The notes: generated by a model not told the origin, from the letters alone. Counted from the stretch's first letter, positions 27,869 to 37,883 are shown. The stretch is DNA of 64,000 nucleotides from an uncultured Acidimicrobiaceae bacterium (GCA_963725355.1 CAVRYE010000002.1:50898-114897), one strand, 5' to 3'. Made by a program: numbers and translations.

Positions 27869-28983
27869 CCCTCAAACACTCCGCTTTATATGCCGAGCAC
27901 ACCGAACTCGGTGCCAAGCTTGTCGACTTCGGTGGTTGGGAAATGCCGCTTTCGTACCCCGAAGGCACCATCGCGGAGCACCTTGCCTGCAGGGTCGACG
28001 CCGCAGTCTTCGATGTAAGCCACCTGGGCACTGTCCGCGTGGACGGCCCGGGCTCTTTCGAGCTGTTGCAGACGAGCCTCACGAACGACCTGAAAAAAAT
28101 CGGCCCGGGGCGCGCCCAGTACCAACACCTGCTCGACGAGAACGATGCCTCCGTGCTCGACGACATCATCGTCTGGTGGGTGGGCGAGGATCGCTTCGAC
28201 GTCATGCCGAATGCCTCCAACACGGCCAGGGTGATCTCGGTACTCGGGGGCAACGACGTCACCGAGCAGCGGGCCGTCATCGCCGTCCAAGGTCCGCGAG
28301 CACGCGAGCGCCTGGCGAAGGTTTCGGCCGCCGCGGCTGGCGTCGGCCACTTCGCCGTGGCTGACTTCGAGTTCGAGAACGTCGCCTGCCGGGTGGCCGG
28401 GACGGGCTACACCGGCGAGGACGGCGTTGAGTGCGCCGTGCCTACCGAGATTGCCCCCGCCTTTTGGCGTGCCGTCCTTGCCGCCGGGGTGAAGCCGGCC
28501 GGCCTGGGCGCCCGCGACACTCTGCGCCTCGAATCAGGCCTGCCCTTGCACGGCCATGAGCTCGGTGCCGGTATCACCCCGCTTCAAGCCGGCCTGGGCT
28601 GGGTCGTGAGCTGGGACAAGGGCCCGTTCCGGGGCCGTGAGCCGCTTGAAAAAGAGCGTGAGACGGGGCCGTGGCGCCGCTTGCGGGGACTGCTGGCCGA
28701 AGGTCGCAGACCGCCCCGTAACGGTGACGAGGTCCTCATCGGTGGCGTCGCGGCCGGCGTGGTGACAAGTGGCAATTACTCGCCGGTGCTCCAGCGGGGG
28801 ATCGCCCTCGCCTTCTTGCCCCCAGAGACTGCTCTCGGGGCCGAGGTGGAGATTGCCCTTCGCGGCGGGAGCGCCCCAGCCGTGGTCGTCAAGCCGCCCT
28901 TCCAGCGCCTCACCGTCACCTCGAACGGCGACGGCTCCGCCCAGCCCCACCAGGCGGGCTCGAGCGGAGGAGCAAACAAGTGA
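27865..28983 (+). CDS. gcvT: glycine cleavage system aminomethyltransferase T
   Basis: 372-aa ORF: LYAEHTELGAKLVDFGGWEMPLSY...AVFDVSHLG...GYTGEDGVE. Confidence 0.95.
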   Translation: MTLKHSALYAEHTELGAKLVDFGGWEMPLSYPEGTIAEHLACRVDAAVFDVSHLGTVRVDGPGSFELLQTSLTNDLKKIGPGRAQYQHLLDENDASVLDDIIVWWVGEDRFDVMPNASNTARVISVLGGNDVTEQRAVIAVQGPRARERLAKVSAAAAGVGHFAVADFEFENVACRVAGTGYTGEDGVECAVPTEIAPAFWRAVLAAGVKPAGLGARDTLRLESGLPLHGHELGAGITPLQAGLGWVVSWDKGPFRGREPLEKERETGPWRRLRGLLAEGRRPPRNGDEVLIGGVAAGVVTSGNYSPVLQRGIALAFLPPETALGAEVEIALRGGSAPAVVVKPPFQRLTVTSNGDGSAQPHQAGSSGGANK

Positions 28984-30332
28984 GCGCGCCCTTCGTCGCC
29001 CACACCGATGCCGACATCTCAGAGATGCTCGCCTTCTTGGGCCTTAGTGAGCTCGACGAGCTGTTCGCAGAGATCCCAGAGGCCCTCCGTCTCTCCTCAG
29101 GCTTGAACCTCCCGTCCGCGATGAGCGAGCCGGACGTGGCCTGGCGCCTCGAGGACCTCGCGGCCCGAAACAAGCCTTGCGGGCGCGACCTGGTCTGCTT
29201 TGCCGGTGGAGGCTCGTATGACCACGAGATCCCCGCTGTCGTCAAGTCTCTTGCCTCCCGCTCGGAGTTCGTCACGGCCTATACGCCCTACCAGCCCGAG
29301 GTTTCCCAGGGCGTGCTGCAGGCGGTCTTCGAGTTCCAGACGATGGTGGCCCGCCTCACTGGCCTCGATGTGGCAAACGCCTCCCTTTATGACGGGGCGG
29401 CCTCGCTCGTCGAGGCTGTCAACCTCGCCGTGGTGGCTAGTGGGCAACACCGTGTGCTCTGCTCCCAAGGCGTCCATCCCCACTGGCGCCGTCAGCTCGA
29501 GACCTTCTCGCGTGGTTCGGGGAACACGATCCACACCGTTGGACTCAAAGGTGGTGTCACAGCCTGGGACGAGGTCACCGACGAGGGTCCCTTCGGCGCC
29601 ATCGTCGTGGCCGCTCCCAACTTCCTCGGCTGCCTCGAGGACATCGCCGCTGCCAGGCAGGTGGCCGACCGTGTCGGTGCACGTCTCGTCGTGTGCTTCG
29701 ACCCCGTCTCGGCTGGGCTGCTCCGCCCGCCGGGGGAGCAGGGCGCCGACGTTGTAGTAGGAGAGGGCCAGCCGTTCGGGACGGCCCTCGGCTTCGGTGG
29801 TCCCTATCTCGGCCTGTTCGCCTGCCGTCTGGCCGATGTCAGACGCATCCCTGGCCGCATCGTGGGTGAGACTGTCGACAGGACCGGCCACCACGCCTAT
29901 GTCATGACACTTCGGGCCCGTGAACAGGACATCCGCCGAGAGCGGGCGTCCTCCAACGTGTGCACGAACCAGACCTTGATGGCCGTGACCGCGGCCATCC
30001 ACCTGTCCTGGCTCGGACCGCAGGGCCTGCGCGAAGTCGCCCTGCGCTCGGCGAGGGCGACCCGTTACACGAAAGAGGCCCTCTTGAAGATCGACGGTGT
30101 TGAGTTGCTGACGACGGCCCCCGTGCTACGCGAGTTCGCCGTCCGCACGCCGCTTGAGCCAGAGACGCTCGTCGAGCGGCTCGTAGAGGAAGGCTTCCTC
30201 GCCGGTGTGCCCATCCGGGCGGGCTTCGAGGGGACCGCCTATGACGGCGGCCTGCTCGTTGCCGCCACCGAGAGGCGCACCCGGGCCGAGATAGACGAGT
30301 TCGCCGCTGCTGTGGAAAAGGCAGTTCGATGA
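28980..30332 (+). CDS. gcvPA: glycine dehydrogenase (aminomethyl-transferring) subunit 1
   Basis: 450-aa ORF: SYDHEIPAVV...FVTAYTPYQPEVSQGVLQAVFEFQTMV. Its start overlaps the gcvT stop. Confidence 0.9.
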   Translation: MSAPFVAHTDADISEMLAFLGLSELDELFAEIPEALRLSSGLNLPSAMSEPDVAWRLEDLAARNKPCGRDLVCFAGGGSYDHEIPAVVKSLASRSEFVTAYTPYQPEVSQGVLQAVFEFQTMVARLTGLDVANASLYDGAASLVEAVNLAVVASGQHRVLCSQGVHPHWRRQLETFSRGSGNTIHTVGLKGGVTAWDEVTDEGPFGAIVVAAPNFLGCLEDIAAARQVADRVGARLVVCFDPVSAGLLRPPGEQGADVVVGEGQPFGTALGFGGPYLGLFACRLADVRRIPGRIVGETVDRTGHHAYVMTLRAREQDIRRERASSNVCTNQTLMAVTAAIHLSWLGPQGLREVALRSARATRYTKEALLKIDGVELLTTAPVLREFAVRTPLEPETLVERLVEEGFLAGVPIRAGFEGTAYDGGLLVAATERRTRAEIDEFAAAVEKAVR

Positions 30333-31852
30333 GCGCCCCCCTGCCCGCCGGGCGGGCCCTCGGAGCGCCGCTTTTGGCGCATGACTACGAGCCCACGATC
30401 TTCGAGTTCTCCGCCCCGGGGCGCCATGCCGCCTCCTTCAGGACGACGGACCTGCCGGCCTGGCCGGCCGAAGAGCTCGTTCCCGACAGCTTCTTGCGCA
30501 GCGACGCCGTCGTCCTGCCGGAGGTTTCCGAGCGCGACCTCGTCGCCCACTTCACGCGCCTCACCCATCGCCAGTACTCGGTCGACCTCGGTGCCTACCC
30601 GCTCGGCTCGTGCACGATGAAGTACAACCCGAAGGCGGCTGACGCCGGCGCATCATTGCCTGGCTTCACCCAGGTGCACCCGGCCGCCCCCGCCTCGTGC
30701 ACACAGGGCTGGTTGGAGTTGCTCGTCGAGCTCGAGGAGAGCCTGTGCGAGATCACGGGCATGGCCGCCGCCACCTTGCAACCGGCGGCGGGTGCGGCGG
30801 GCGAGCTCACCGGCCTGCTCTTGATGCGCGCCTACCACGAGTCGCGGGGAGAGTCCGAGCATCGGCGCAGGGTCATCATCCCTGACTCCTCGCACGGGAC
30901 CAATCCGGCCTCGGTCACCTTGAGCGGATATGAAGCGGTCACGGTCGGGACCAATGCCCGGGGAGGGGTCGACCTCGACGCCCTTCGCGCACTGCTACAT
31001 GACGACGTGGCCGGCATAATGCTCACCAACCCGAGCACGCTCGGCTTGTTCGAGGACGACATCGTCGAGATCGCCGAAGCCGTGCACGGTGTCGGCGGCC
31101 TGCTCTATTACGACGGGGCCAACCTGAACGCCATCTTGGGGGTCGTCCGGCCCGGTGACATGGGCTTCGACATCGTCCACCTGAACGTGCACAAGACCTT
31201 CGCCACGCCCCACGGCGGTGGAGGGCCGGGCGCGGGTCCTGTCGCCGTCTCCACGGCTCTGGCGCCCTTCCTCCCCGGCCCACGGCCCACTCGGACCGGG
31301 TCCGGCTTCGAACTCGTCATGCCGGAGCGTTCCATCGGGCGTGTGCACTCATGGCACGGCAATGCCGTCGTGTTGCTGAGGGCCTGGATGTATCTTCGCC
31401 TCAACGGCGCTGACGGCCTGCGCCGAGTGTCGGAGATCGCCGTGCTGAACGCCAACTGGCTGAAAGAGCGCCTGCGGGGAACCTACGACATCGCTTATGA
31501 CCGTACGGTCATGCACGAGTGCGTCGTTTCGGCCAAGACCCTCCACCACGAGGTGGGCCTCTCCGCCCTCGATGTCGCCAAGCGTCTCATGGAGCTCGGC
31601 TTTCACCCCCCGACGGTGTACTTCCCCCTCATCGTCGAAGAGGCGCTGATGGTCGAGCCCACCGAGACCGAGAGCCCGGAGACGGTCGCAGCCCTCGCCG
31701 AGGCCTTCCTCCAGATCGCCCACGAGGCGCGTGAGGCCGGCAACGCCGATGACGCCGAGGCCGCACCGCGCACGACACCAGTGGGCCGTGTGGACGACGC
31801 CCGCGCCGCCCGCAAGCTGGTCGTGACCTTCGACCAGCGACGCGAAGACTGA
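30329..31852 (+). CDS. gcvPB: glycine dehydrogenase (aminomethyl-transferring) subunit 2
   Basis: 507-aa ORF: LGSCTMKYNPK...HGTNPAS...NVHKTFATPHGGGGPG (PLP lysine). ATGA overlap with gcvPA. Confidence 0.9.
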   Translation: MSAPLPAGRALGAPLLAHDYEPTIFEFSAPGRHAASFRTTDLPAWPAEELVPDSFLRSDAVVLPEVSERDLVAHFTRLTHRQYSVDLGAYPLGSCTMKYNPKAADAGASLPGFTQVHPAAPASCTQGWLELLVELEESLCEITGMAAATLQPAAGAAGELTGLLLMRAYHESRGESEHRRRVIIPDSSHGTNPASVTLSGYEAVTVGTNARGGVDLDALRALLHDDVAGIMLTNPSTLGLFEDDIVEIAEAVHGVGGLLYYDGANLNAILGVVRPGDMGFDIVHLNVHKTFATPHGGGGPGAGPVAVSTALAPFLPGPRPTRTGSGFELVMPERSIGRVHSWHGNAVVLLRAWMYLRLNGADGLRRVSEIAVLNANWLKERLRGTYDIAYDRTVMHECVVSAKTLHHEVGLSALDVAKRLMELGFHPPTVYFPLIVEEALMVEPTETESPETVAALAEAFLQIAHEAREAGNADDAEAAPRTTPVGRVDDARAARKLVVTFDQRRED

Positions 31853-31888
31853 AGAGGCGGCGCAATAGGGGAGGGCTAACCTTCGAGC

Positions 31889-32248
31889 GTGGGTCCCGCG
31901 TGGTTCTCGCGTCGGTCTGTCCTTCTCCATCTGACGGCGCTGATCGTTGTCCCGGGCTGTCTCGCTCTTGGGTGGTGGCAGTTGCACCGCGCCCTGTCGG
32001 GGAACGCCCTCAGCTGGGCGTACACCTTCGAATGGCCCTTTTTCGCCTGCTACGGGGTCTACATGTGGTGGCGGATCCTCCACGAGCAGCCCGTTGAAGG
32101 CGACCAAGGGCCTCCCGGCGACGTCGGGGCGGCGGAGGGGGCTGACAGCTGGGCAGCTCAAGAACAAGACGACGAGGACGAGGAGCTTGCCGCCTACAAC
32201 CGCTACCTTGCCCAGCTGCACGCCGCCGACGAGCACAGGGCGCCCTGA
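31889..32248 (+). CDS. small membrane protein, unknown function
   Basis: 119-aa ORF with two predicted TM segments and an acidic C-terminal tail. Confidence 0.5.
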   Translation: MGPAWFSRRSVLLHLTALIVVPGCLALGWWQLHRALSGNALSWAYTFEWPFFACYGVYMWWRILHEQPVEGDQGPPGDVGAAEGADSWAAQEQDDEDEELAAYNRYLAQLHAADEHRAP

Positions 32249-32254
32249 GGCTTA

Positions 32255-32632
32255 GTGGACACAGCACAGAAGAGGGCGCTGCAGCGCTATCGGGTCATGG
32301 CCTACGTCGTCGGCGTCGGGCTCGTCGTGCTAGTCGGCGTCGGCGTCCCCCTCCAGTACCTTGCCTCCGAGCCGGCCGTCGTCAATGTCGTAGGCCCTGT
32401 GCACGGGTTTTTGTACATCGTCTACCTCCTCTCCGCGGCCGATCTCACCCGGCGCTTCCACCTCGGTCTCGGGCAGGTGGTTGCTCTCGTGGCGGCGGGA
32501 TTTGTCCCTTTGCTCGCCTTTGTGGTTGAGCGACTGACGACCCGGCGTATCGAACGCCTGGCGCAGATATCGAGCTACGGCCTCACATCGGCCCAAGCAG
32601 GCCGGGGCGAGCGCCCGGAGATCGACCCCTAG
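32255..32632 (+). CDS. DUF3817-like integral membrane protein
   Basis: 125-aa ORF: ALQRYRVMAYVVGVGLVVLV...GPVHGFLYIVYLL, the typical DUF3817 pattern. Confidence 0.6.
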   Translation: MDTAQKRALQRYRVMAYVVGVGLVVLVGVGVPLQYLASEPAVVNVVGPVHGFLYIVYLLSAADLTRRFHLGLGQVVALVAAGFVPLLAFVVERLTTRRIERLAQISSYGLTSAQAGRGERPEIDP

Positions 32633-34488
32633 GCACCCATTTGCCGAGTCGGGGCCGGAACGGGCCCGGGGGCCGGGTCCGCGGCGACCACGATGCGGTC
32701 CCTGCCTTGGGCTTTTGCCTGGTACATGGCCACGTCAGCCACGTTGACGACCTCATCAAGCACGGCCCCGTGGCGGGGGAAGAAGGCCACCCCGATGGAG
32801 GCCGTCACCGGTTGCAGGCCTTTTCCCGGAGTGGGCAGCTTGGCGAGGACCTCCTGGATTGCCTCGGCGACGCGAATCGCCCCGGCCTCGTCTGTGTCGT
32901 GCAGCATGATGAGGAACTCTTCGCCGCCGTAGCGAACAGCCGCGTCGCCTGTGCGCAGCGTTGCCTGCATGGCGCGGCCCACATTGCGCAGCAAGCTGTC
33001 GCCGACCGCGTGCCCGCACTCGTCGTTCACATTTTTGAAGTGGTCGAGGTCCAAGAGCAAGATGCCGATCTCGTTGCCCGCCCGAGAGCTGAGCGCCGCC
33101 TCGCGGGCCGCCAGCTCGTCCCACCAGCGGTGGTTGAGCAGACCCGTCAAGGTGTCGGTCATTGCCCGCGCCTCGAGCTCGGCGTAGAGCTGGGCGTTGC
33201 GCCAGGCGGCCGCGGTGATGTAGCCGAAGAGGGCGCAGCGCTCGAGGTCCTCGTCGGTGAACTGGGAGAGCCCGTCCCGCCACATGTCGATGACCCCGAG
33301 GCGGTGGTCGCCGGCGATGAGCGGTACGACGAGCATGGACTCCTCGATCGTCGACTCACCCTGGCCGGGTATGGGGACGGCCTCTGAGTTGCTGCGGGTG
33401 TCAGGGCAGTTGTAGGGGTAACCGCGTAAGAAAGCCCAACCTGTGATGCCCCGGTCGAGGGAGATCTCCATCTCGTGCAGGCCCTCGAGCGTGGCCCCGC
33501 CGAGGACCCGTGGGCGTAGCTGGAAGTGGTCCCAGTCAGCTTCGAGGATGGCAAAGCGATCTGCGTGCACGGTGAGGGGAAGGTGCTCGGCGGTGACCTG
33601 CAAGATCCTGCTCGGGTCATGCTCGGCCTGCATCTTGCGTGCGGCCTCGCCCAGCGACCAGGCGAAACCCTGAGCGTCGAGGTGCACCTTGGCCTGCGTG
33701 GGGAGCTTGGCGATGAGCGCCGGGGCGTCGAGGGCCACGCCGGTCGTGGCGAGAACGCGGACACCTTGCTGGCGGAACCAAGCAGCAGAGACCACCTCGT
33801 CGCCGGGTTCGGCCAGGTCAGCATCGAGCACGGCAGGCGAGCCGAGGTGCGAGCCGATGCCGAGGCGGACCCCGAGGCCGATCATGCGCCCGGCCGTGGC
33901 GTCGTCGACGATGCCGCGGGGAATGACGTGGGCGTTCAGCCGAGCGCAGTAGGCGAGCAGTCCGGCCAGCTCGGCGCGCGCCCGCACCCCGGTTGTCAGG
34001 TAGTCGGCGTAGCTCTCGTCTAAGAAGACGAAGCTGGGCATCAGCTCGCCGAGCGGCCTGCGCCCGAGCACGCCCGGGGCGACGTCGGCCAGCGCCACCT
34101 GGAAGCCCCGGTCGCGAAGGTGGTCGAGGCGGTCTGCGACGAGATCAGGGGCTTCGAGCGCGGAGGACTCCGAGATGAGCCAGACGACCTCGCCTGGAGC
34201 GGCCCCGACGTCGTCGGCCATCTCGAACGGGTCGAAGCCACTGTCCAAAAGGAGCTCCTGGGCGAGCGGGACGAAGAGGATCGCCGGACTTGTGTACTGG
34301 ACAGCGGGCAGCGCGCCGCGGACAAAGTCACGGGCGTCATATGGTTGCGCCCCGCGCGCCAGGGCCACGTAGCTGAAGACTGTGCGGTCCTGAAGGTCCA
34401 TTACCGGCTGGAGAGCGACCGGCGCGCGAAGCTCGGACGCCTCGTCTTCTGATTCGTCTCCTCGCAGGAAAGACGCGCTCATTTGCAA
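32629..34488 (-). CDS. diguanylate cyclase with N-terminal EAL-like, central GAF and C-terminal GGDEF domains
   Basis: 619-aa ORF. C-terminal RTGDAAVRYGGEEFLIML (RxxD I-site plus GGEEF). A GAF-like middle. An N-terminal EAL-like fold in which the EAL motif reads VAL (FSYVALARG). Confidence 0.8.
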   Translation of the reverse strand: MQMSASFLRGDESEDEASELRAPVALQPVMDLQDRTVFSYVALARGAQPYDARDFVRGALPAVQYTSPAILFVPLAQELLLDSGFDPFEMADDVGAAPGEVVWLISESSALEAPDLVADRLDHLRDRGFQVALADVAPGVLGRRPLGELMPSFVFLDESYADYLTTGVRARAELAGLLAYCARLNAHVIPRGIVDDATAGRMIGLGVRLGIGSHLGSPAVLDADLAEPGDEVVSAAWFRQQGVRVLATTGVALDAPALIAKLPTQAKVHLDAQGFAWSLGEAARKMQAEHDPSRILQVTAEHLPLTVHADRFAILEADWDHFQLRPRVLGGATLEGLHEMEISLDRGITGWAFLRGYPYNCPDTRSNSEAVPIPGQGESTIEESMLVVPLIAGDHRLGVIDMWRDGLSQFTDEDLERCALFGYITAAAWRNAQLYAELEARAMTDTLTGLLNHRWWDELAAREAALSSRAGNEIGILLLDLDHFKNVNDECGHAVGDSLLRNVGRAMQATLRTGDAAVRYGGEEFLIMLHDTDEAGAIRVAEAIQEVLAKLPTPGKGLQPVTASIGVAFFPRHGAVLDEVVNVADVAMYQAKAQGRDRIVVAADPAPGPVPAPTRQMGA

Positions 34489-34587
34489 AGCCTAGAACGA
34501 TCCAGCACTCGCCTTGAACGTGTGCCCTCGGTCCCTTCTCGGTGGGTTTGGGGACCTGGGCGTGAGTTGCGGATAAAGTCCGGCCTC

Positions 34588-35622
34588 GTGGGAATCGGGG
34601 CGGACGAGCCATGGACCGTGGTCGGCCTGGACAACGGCGGCACGAGCAACAGCGCCACGGTGCTGAACGCCTCGGGCCACTTTCTCGTCAGCGAGCTCTT
34701 AGAGAGCCCGAGCCGGGTTAGAGAAGGGCCCGACGTCGCCGTCGGTGCCCTCGTGGAGTCCTTGGAGGCAGTGTTGACGCGCACTGCGACCGAGCCCGGA
34801 TCAGTGCGAGCCGTCGGCCTGGGGTCGCCAGGTCCGGCGAGCGCCGACGGCGTCATCTGCTCCAAGGGCGCAACCAACTTCTCCGAGCCGGCGTGGCACG
34901 GCTTCGATATCCGCGCCGCCCTCGAGTACCGTCTCGGTGTTCCTGTCATCTACAACAATGACGGCAACGCGGCGGCTCTTTATGCCCACCATATGTTCTT
35001 TGGTGCCGAAGCGGCCTTGACATCGTCGGTCTCGGCCATCGTAGGGACCGGCCTCGGTGGTGGCGTCGTCGAAGAAGGACGCGTCGTGCGGGGGGCAGCG
35101 GGAATGGCAGGTGAGCTTGGCCACGTCCACATACCGATGGAAGGCCTCCTCGACGAGGGTCAGGCTGTTCCGGTATGCAACTGCGGGTTCTCTGGAGATG
35201 TGGAGAGCGTCGCCTCCCTGACAGGGATCGAGAAGAACCTCCTTCCTTATTGGCTGGGGCGTTTTGCCGACCACGAGCTCCATAAGGCGGCGTCGCTCTC
35301 CGAAGCGGCCAAGTTGGTGCGCGGGTACGGGGTGGCCGAGGACGCCATGGCGCTTCATATCTTCGACCAGCAGGCGATGGCGCTCGGGCGACTCTTTACG
35401 ATCGCGAGCAACTTCATCGACCCGAGCGCGTACTTCGTCGGCGGGGGAGTAGTCGAGGCCACGGAGCGCTTTCGGACCTGGTTCCTCGAAAGGATCCGGC
35501 TGCACACGACTCTTCGCGAGGAGCAAGCCGCCATCGTGTCGTTCTCTCTAATTCCCGACCTCGACATGGCCGGTGCCCGGGGGGCGGCGCTCGCCGCAAT
35601 GCAGACTTTCGGAGTCCTCTGA
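34588..35622 (+). CDS. ROK family protein (sugar kinase-like)
   Basis: ORF 34483-35622; the likely GTG start at 34588 gives VGIGADEPWTVVGLDNGGT. Also NDGNAAAL and the zinc-motif context GHVHIP...CNCG. Confidence 0.75.
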   Translation: MGIGADEPWTVVGLDNGGTSNSATVLNASGHFLVSELLESPSRVREGPDVAVGALVESLEAVLTRTATEPGSVRAVGLGSPGPASADGVICSKGATNFSEPAWHGFDIRAALEYRLGVPVIYNNDGNAAALYAHHMFFGAEAALTSSVSAIVGTGLGGGVVEEGRVVRGAAGMAGELGHVHIPMEGLLDEGQAVPVCNCGFSGDVESVASLTGIEKNLLPYWLGRFADHELHKAASLSEAAKLVRGYGVAEDAMALHIFDQQAMALGRLFTIASNFIDPSAYFVGGGVVEATERFRTWFLERIRLHTTLREEQAAIVSFSLIPDLDMAGARGAALAAMQTFGVL

Positions 35623-35753
35623 TAGCTAGCTCAGCGGCCGATCAAAGCTTTGCCGCTTGGTAAAACATCGCTCTCCGCAGCCGAGCCGTCACGATGGGTT
35701 ACTATTTCCCTTGCCGGGGGGAGAACCGTTAACGGATTGAAACGAGGGAGTGC

Positions 35754-37805
35754 ATGTTCGGTTCCAGAGTCCGGTCGAAGCTGGCGATGGTCATCACCGC
35801 CCCGATTGTCGCAACAGTGGCTATTGTCGGCTCGTCGCCGCTGGCCTTTGCCGCAGAGCGGGCCGCTCCGGCGCCAGTTGTCGTGTCCTTCACGGCCGCG
35901 CCGGCGACGCTCACATACCTCGGAGGAAAGGTCGTCCTGGCGGCGACTCTCGACAACGCAAGCTCTTGTGTCTTGTCGGTCACTCCCTCTCTAAAGGGCC
36001 TGCCGAAGTCCTTCCCGTGCTCGAACTCGGTGAGGGCAAAGCTCACTGTGCCCGCCAACAAGACCGCGGCAGCGATCACCTACACGTTCGGCCTGGCAGT
36101 GAAGAACAAGACTGCGGTTGTGGCCGCCACGCCGGCTGTCGTCGCCGAGCCAGCGATCCCCGCGCCTGTCGTCTCGGCGTTCACAGCTTCTACCGCCAGC
36201 CTTTCCGACGCGGGAGGCAAGGTCGTCTTGAGAGCGAGCTTCCAGTATGGACAGTCGTGTGCACTGTCTGTCACGCCCGTTCTCAAGGGCTTCCCGAAGA
36301 CCTTCGCCTGCTCGACCAAGGTGAGCACCTCTGTCAACCTTGCCGCCGACGAGACATCCAGCCCCATCAGCTACAGCTTCAGCCTGTCGGTAGCCAATAA
36401 GACGGGCAATGTGGCGGCCACGCCCGTGGTCGTAGCAGTGGCGGCAGCGCCTCCCGTGCCGGCCCCTGTCGTCAACTCGTTCACGGCCTCGAGCTCGACC
36501 ATCAGCGATGCGGGGGGCAAGCTCGTCCTCCGTGCCAGCCTCCAGTACGGCTCGACCTGCGTGCTGTCGGTGACGCCGAACCTCAAGGGCTTGCCAAAGA
36601 CGTCCCCGTGCTCGAACAGCTTCTCGGACTCTGTGGCACTCGCGGCGAACAAGACCCCGAACGCGGACAGCTACACCTTCGCTCTCAGTGTGGCCAACAG
36701 GACCTCGACCGTGTCGGCGACGAACGTCGTCGTGGCTGTCGACGCCATGCCGCCTCCGATCTCGTTCACGCCCACGTCCCTGACCTTCGCCAAAGAAGGA
36801 GTCTTTGTCGCTGACGAACCGTTGATCGTGACCGTGCACAACAACGCCTCCACGACCCAGGTCATAAGCAGCGTCGCCATCGGCACCCTCGGTGAGCCTT
36901 CGGACTTCCTCCTCAACAAGAACAACTGCAGCTACCTCACCGCACATGAGAGCTGCTCGTTCGCCATCCAGTTCCAGCCCACAGGTGCCGGACCTCGCAC
37001 CGGGGTCGTCGACGTCCTCGACTCGACCTGGGGCACTTCGGGAGGCATGGCCCACCTCAATGTGTTCGGGACGGGAGTGTGGGCGACGGCGACGGTGGCG
37101 AACTCGTCGATCTCGCACAACGTCTTGAACTTTGCTGTGCAAGGAGTGCTCACAAAAAGCCCGTTGCAGTACGTGACGGTCAGCAATGTGGGCGCCGTTC
37201 CTCTTTACATAAGCGGGATAATCGTCACCGGCGACGAGTCCACCGACTTCTCGATCTCGCCTGGCAACTGCATAAACCAGATAACGGGCTCGTTCCCCTT
37301 CGTCGTGGGTGTAAGCCAAAAGTGCACGTTCGGAGTTGCCTTTGAGCCGTCGGCTGCCGCCCAGCGCTCGACTTATGTCGTTGTCGACGACAACACCATC
37401 GGAACCCAGACTCAGCTCCAGGTGGCGGGCACCGGCGCTTTCACGACCGACACCGTCGACAACGCCTCGCAGTCCTCGGGGCCGCTCAACATCGACTTCG
37501 GCAATGAGGTCGTTGGCTTGACGACGACTGACACGCTGACGATCGCCAACACGGGCAACGTCGACCTGTCCTTTGCGGGGGCCTCGATTTCCGGGATCAA
37601 CGCAACGGAGTTCGGCATCGCTGCGAGCGGCACCTGTGTGGATGCCGGGGTGGAGATCGCCGTTGGCGGCTCTTGTACTGTCTCTATCTCCTTCACTCCA
37701 GCCGCCCTCGGGGCGCGAAGTGCGGTCTTGAAGATCGATGACAACACATCGCTCGGCTTCGAGACGGTGGATTTGACCGGAACCGGAACCGCCCCCAGTA
37801 CCTAG
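35754..37805 (+). CDS. large secreted protein: three tandem ~100-aa Ig-like repeats followed by choice-of-anchor-D / HYDIN-like beta-sandwich repeats
   Basis: Signal peptide MFGSRVRSKLAMVITAPIVATVAIVGSSPLAFA. Three repeats of the form PAPVV.SFTA....L...GGK.VL.A......C.LSVTP.LKG.PK...CS. C-terminal units such as LNFAVQGV...VTVSNVGAVPLYISGI.VTGD..TDF. Confidence 0.8.
   Translation: MFGSRVRSKLAMVITAPIVATVAIVGSSPLAFAAERAAPAPVVVSFTAAPATLTYLGGKVVLAATLDNASSCVLSVTPSLKGLPKSFPCSNSVRAKLTVPANKTAAAITYTFGLAVKNKTAVVAATPAVVAEPAIPAPVVSAFTASTASLSDAGGKVVLRASFQYGQSCALSVTPVLKGFPKTFACSTKVSTSVNLAADETSSPISYSFSLSVANKTGNVAATPVVVAVAAAPPVPAPVVNSFTASSSTISDAGGKLVLRASLQYGSTCVLSVTPNLKGLPKTSPCSNSFSDSVALAANKTPNADSYTFALSVANRTSTVSATNVVVAVDAMPPPISFTPTSLTFAKEGVFVADEPLIVTVHNNASTTQVISSVAIGTLGEPSDFLLNKNNCSYLTAHESCSFAIQFQPTGAGPRTGVVDVLDSTWGTSGGMAHLNVFGTGVWATATVANSSISHNVLNFAVQGVLTKSPLQYVTVSNVGAVPLYISGIIVTGDESTDFSISPGNCINQITGSFPFVVGVSQKCTFGVAFEPSAAAQRSTYVVVDDNTIGTQTQLQVAGTGAFTTDTVDNASQSSGPLNIDFGNEVVGLTTTDTLTIANTGNVDLSFAGASISGINATEFGIAASGTCVDAGVEIAVGGSCTVSISFTPAALGARSAVLKIDDNTSLGFETVDLTGTGTAPST
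35868..36765 (+). repeat. three tandem ~300-nt coding repeats (diverged)
   Basis: Seen at protein level within the 35754-37805 ORF. Each unit carries two conserved cysteines. Confidence 0.7.
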
Positions 37806-37883
37806 CATCGTGACCAGCGCCGCCTCGTGGCCCGCAGGGCCCCGAGGCGGCAGCCTGACGTGGCCCCTCGGATGGCGGCAATC

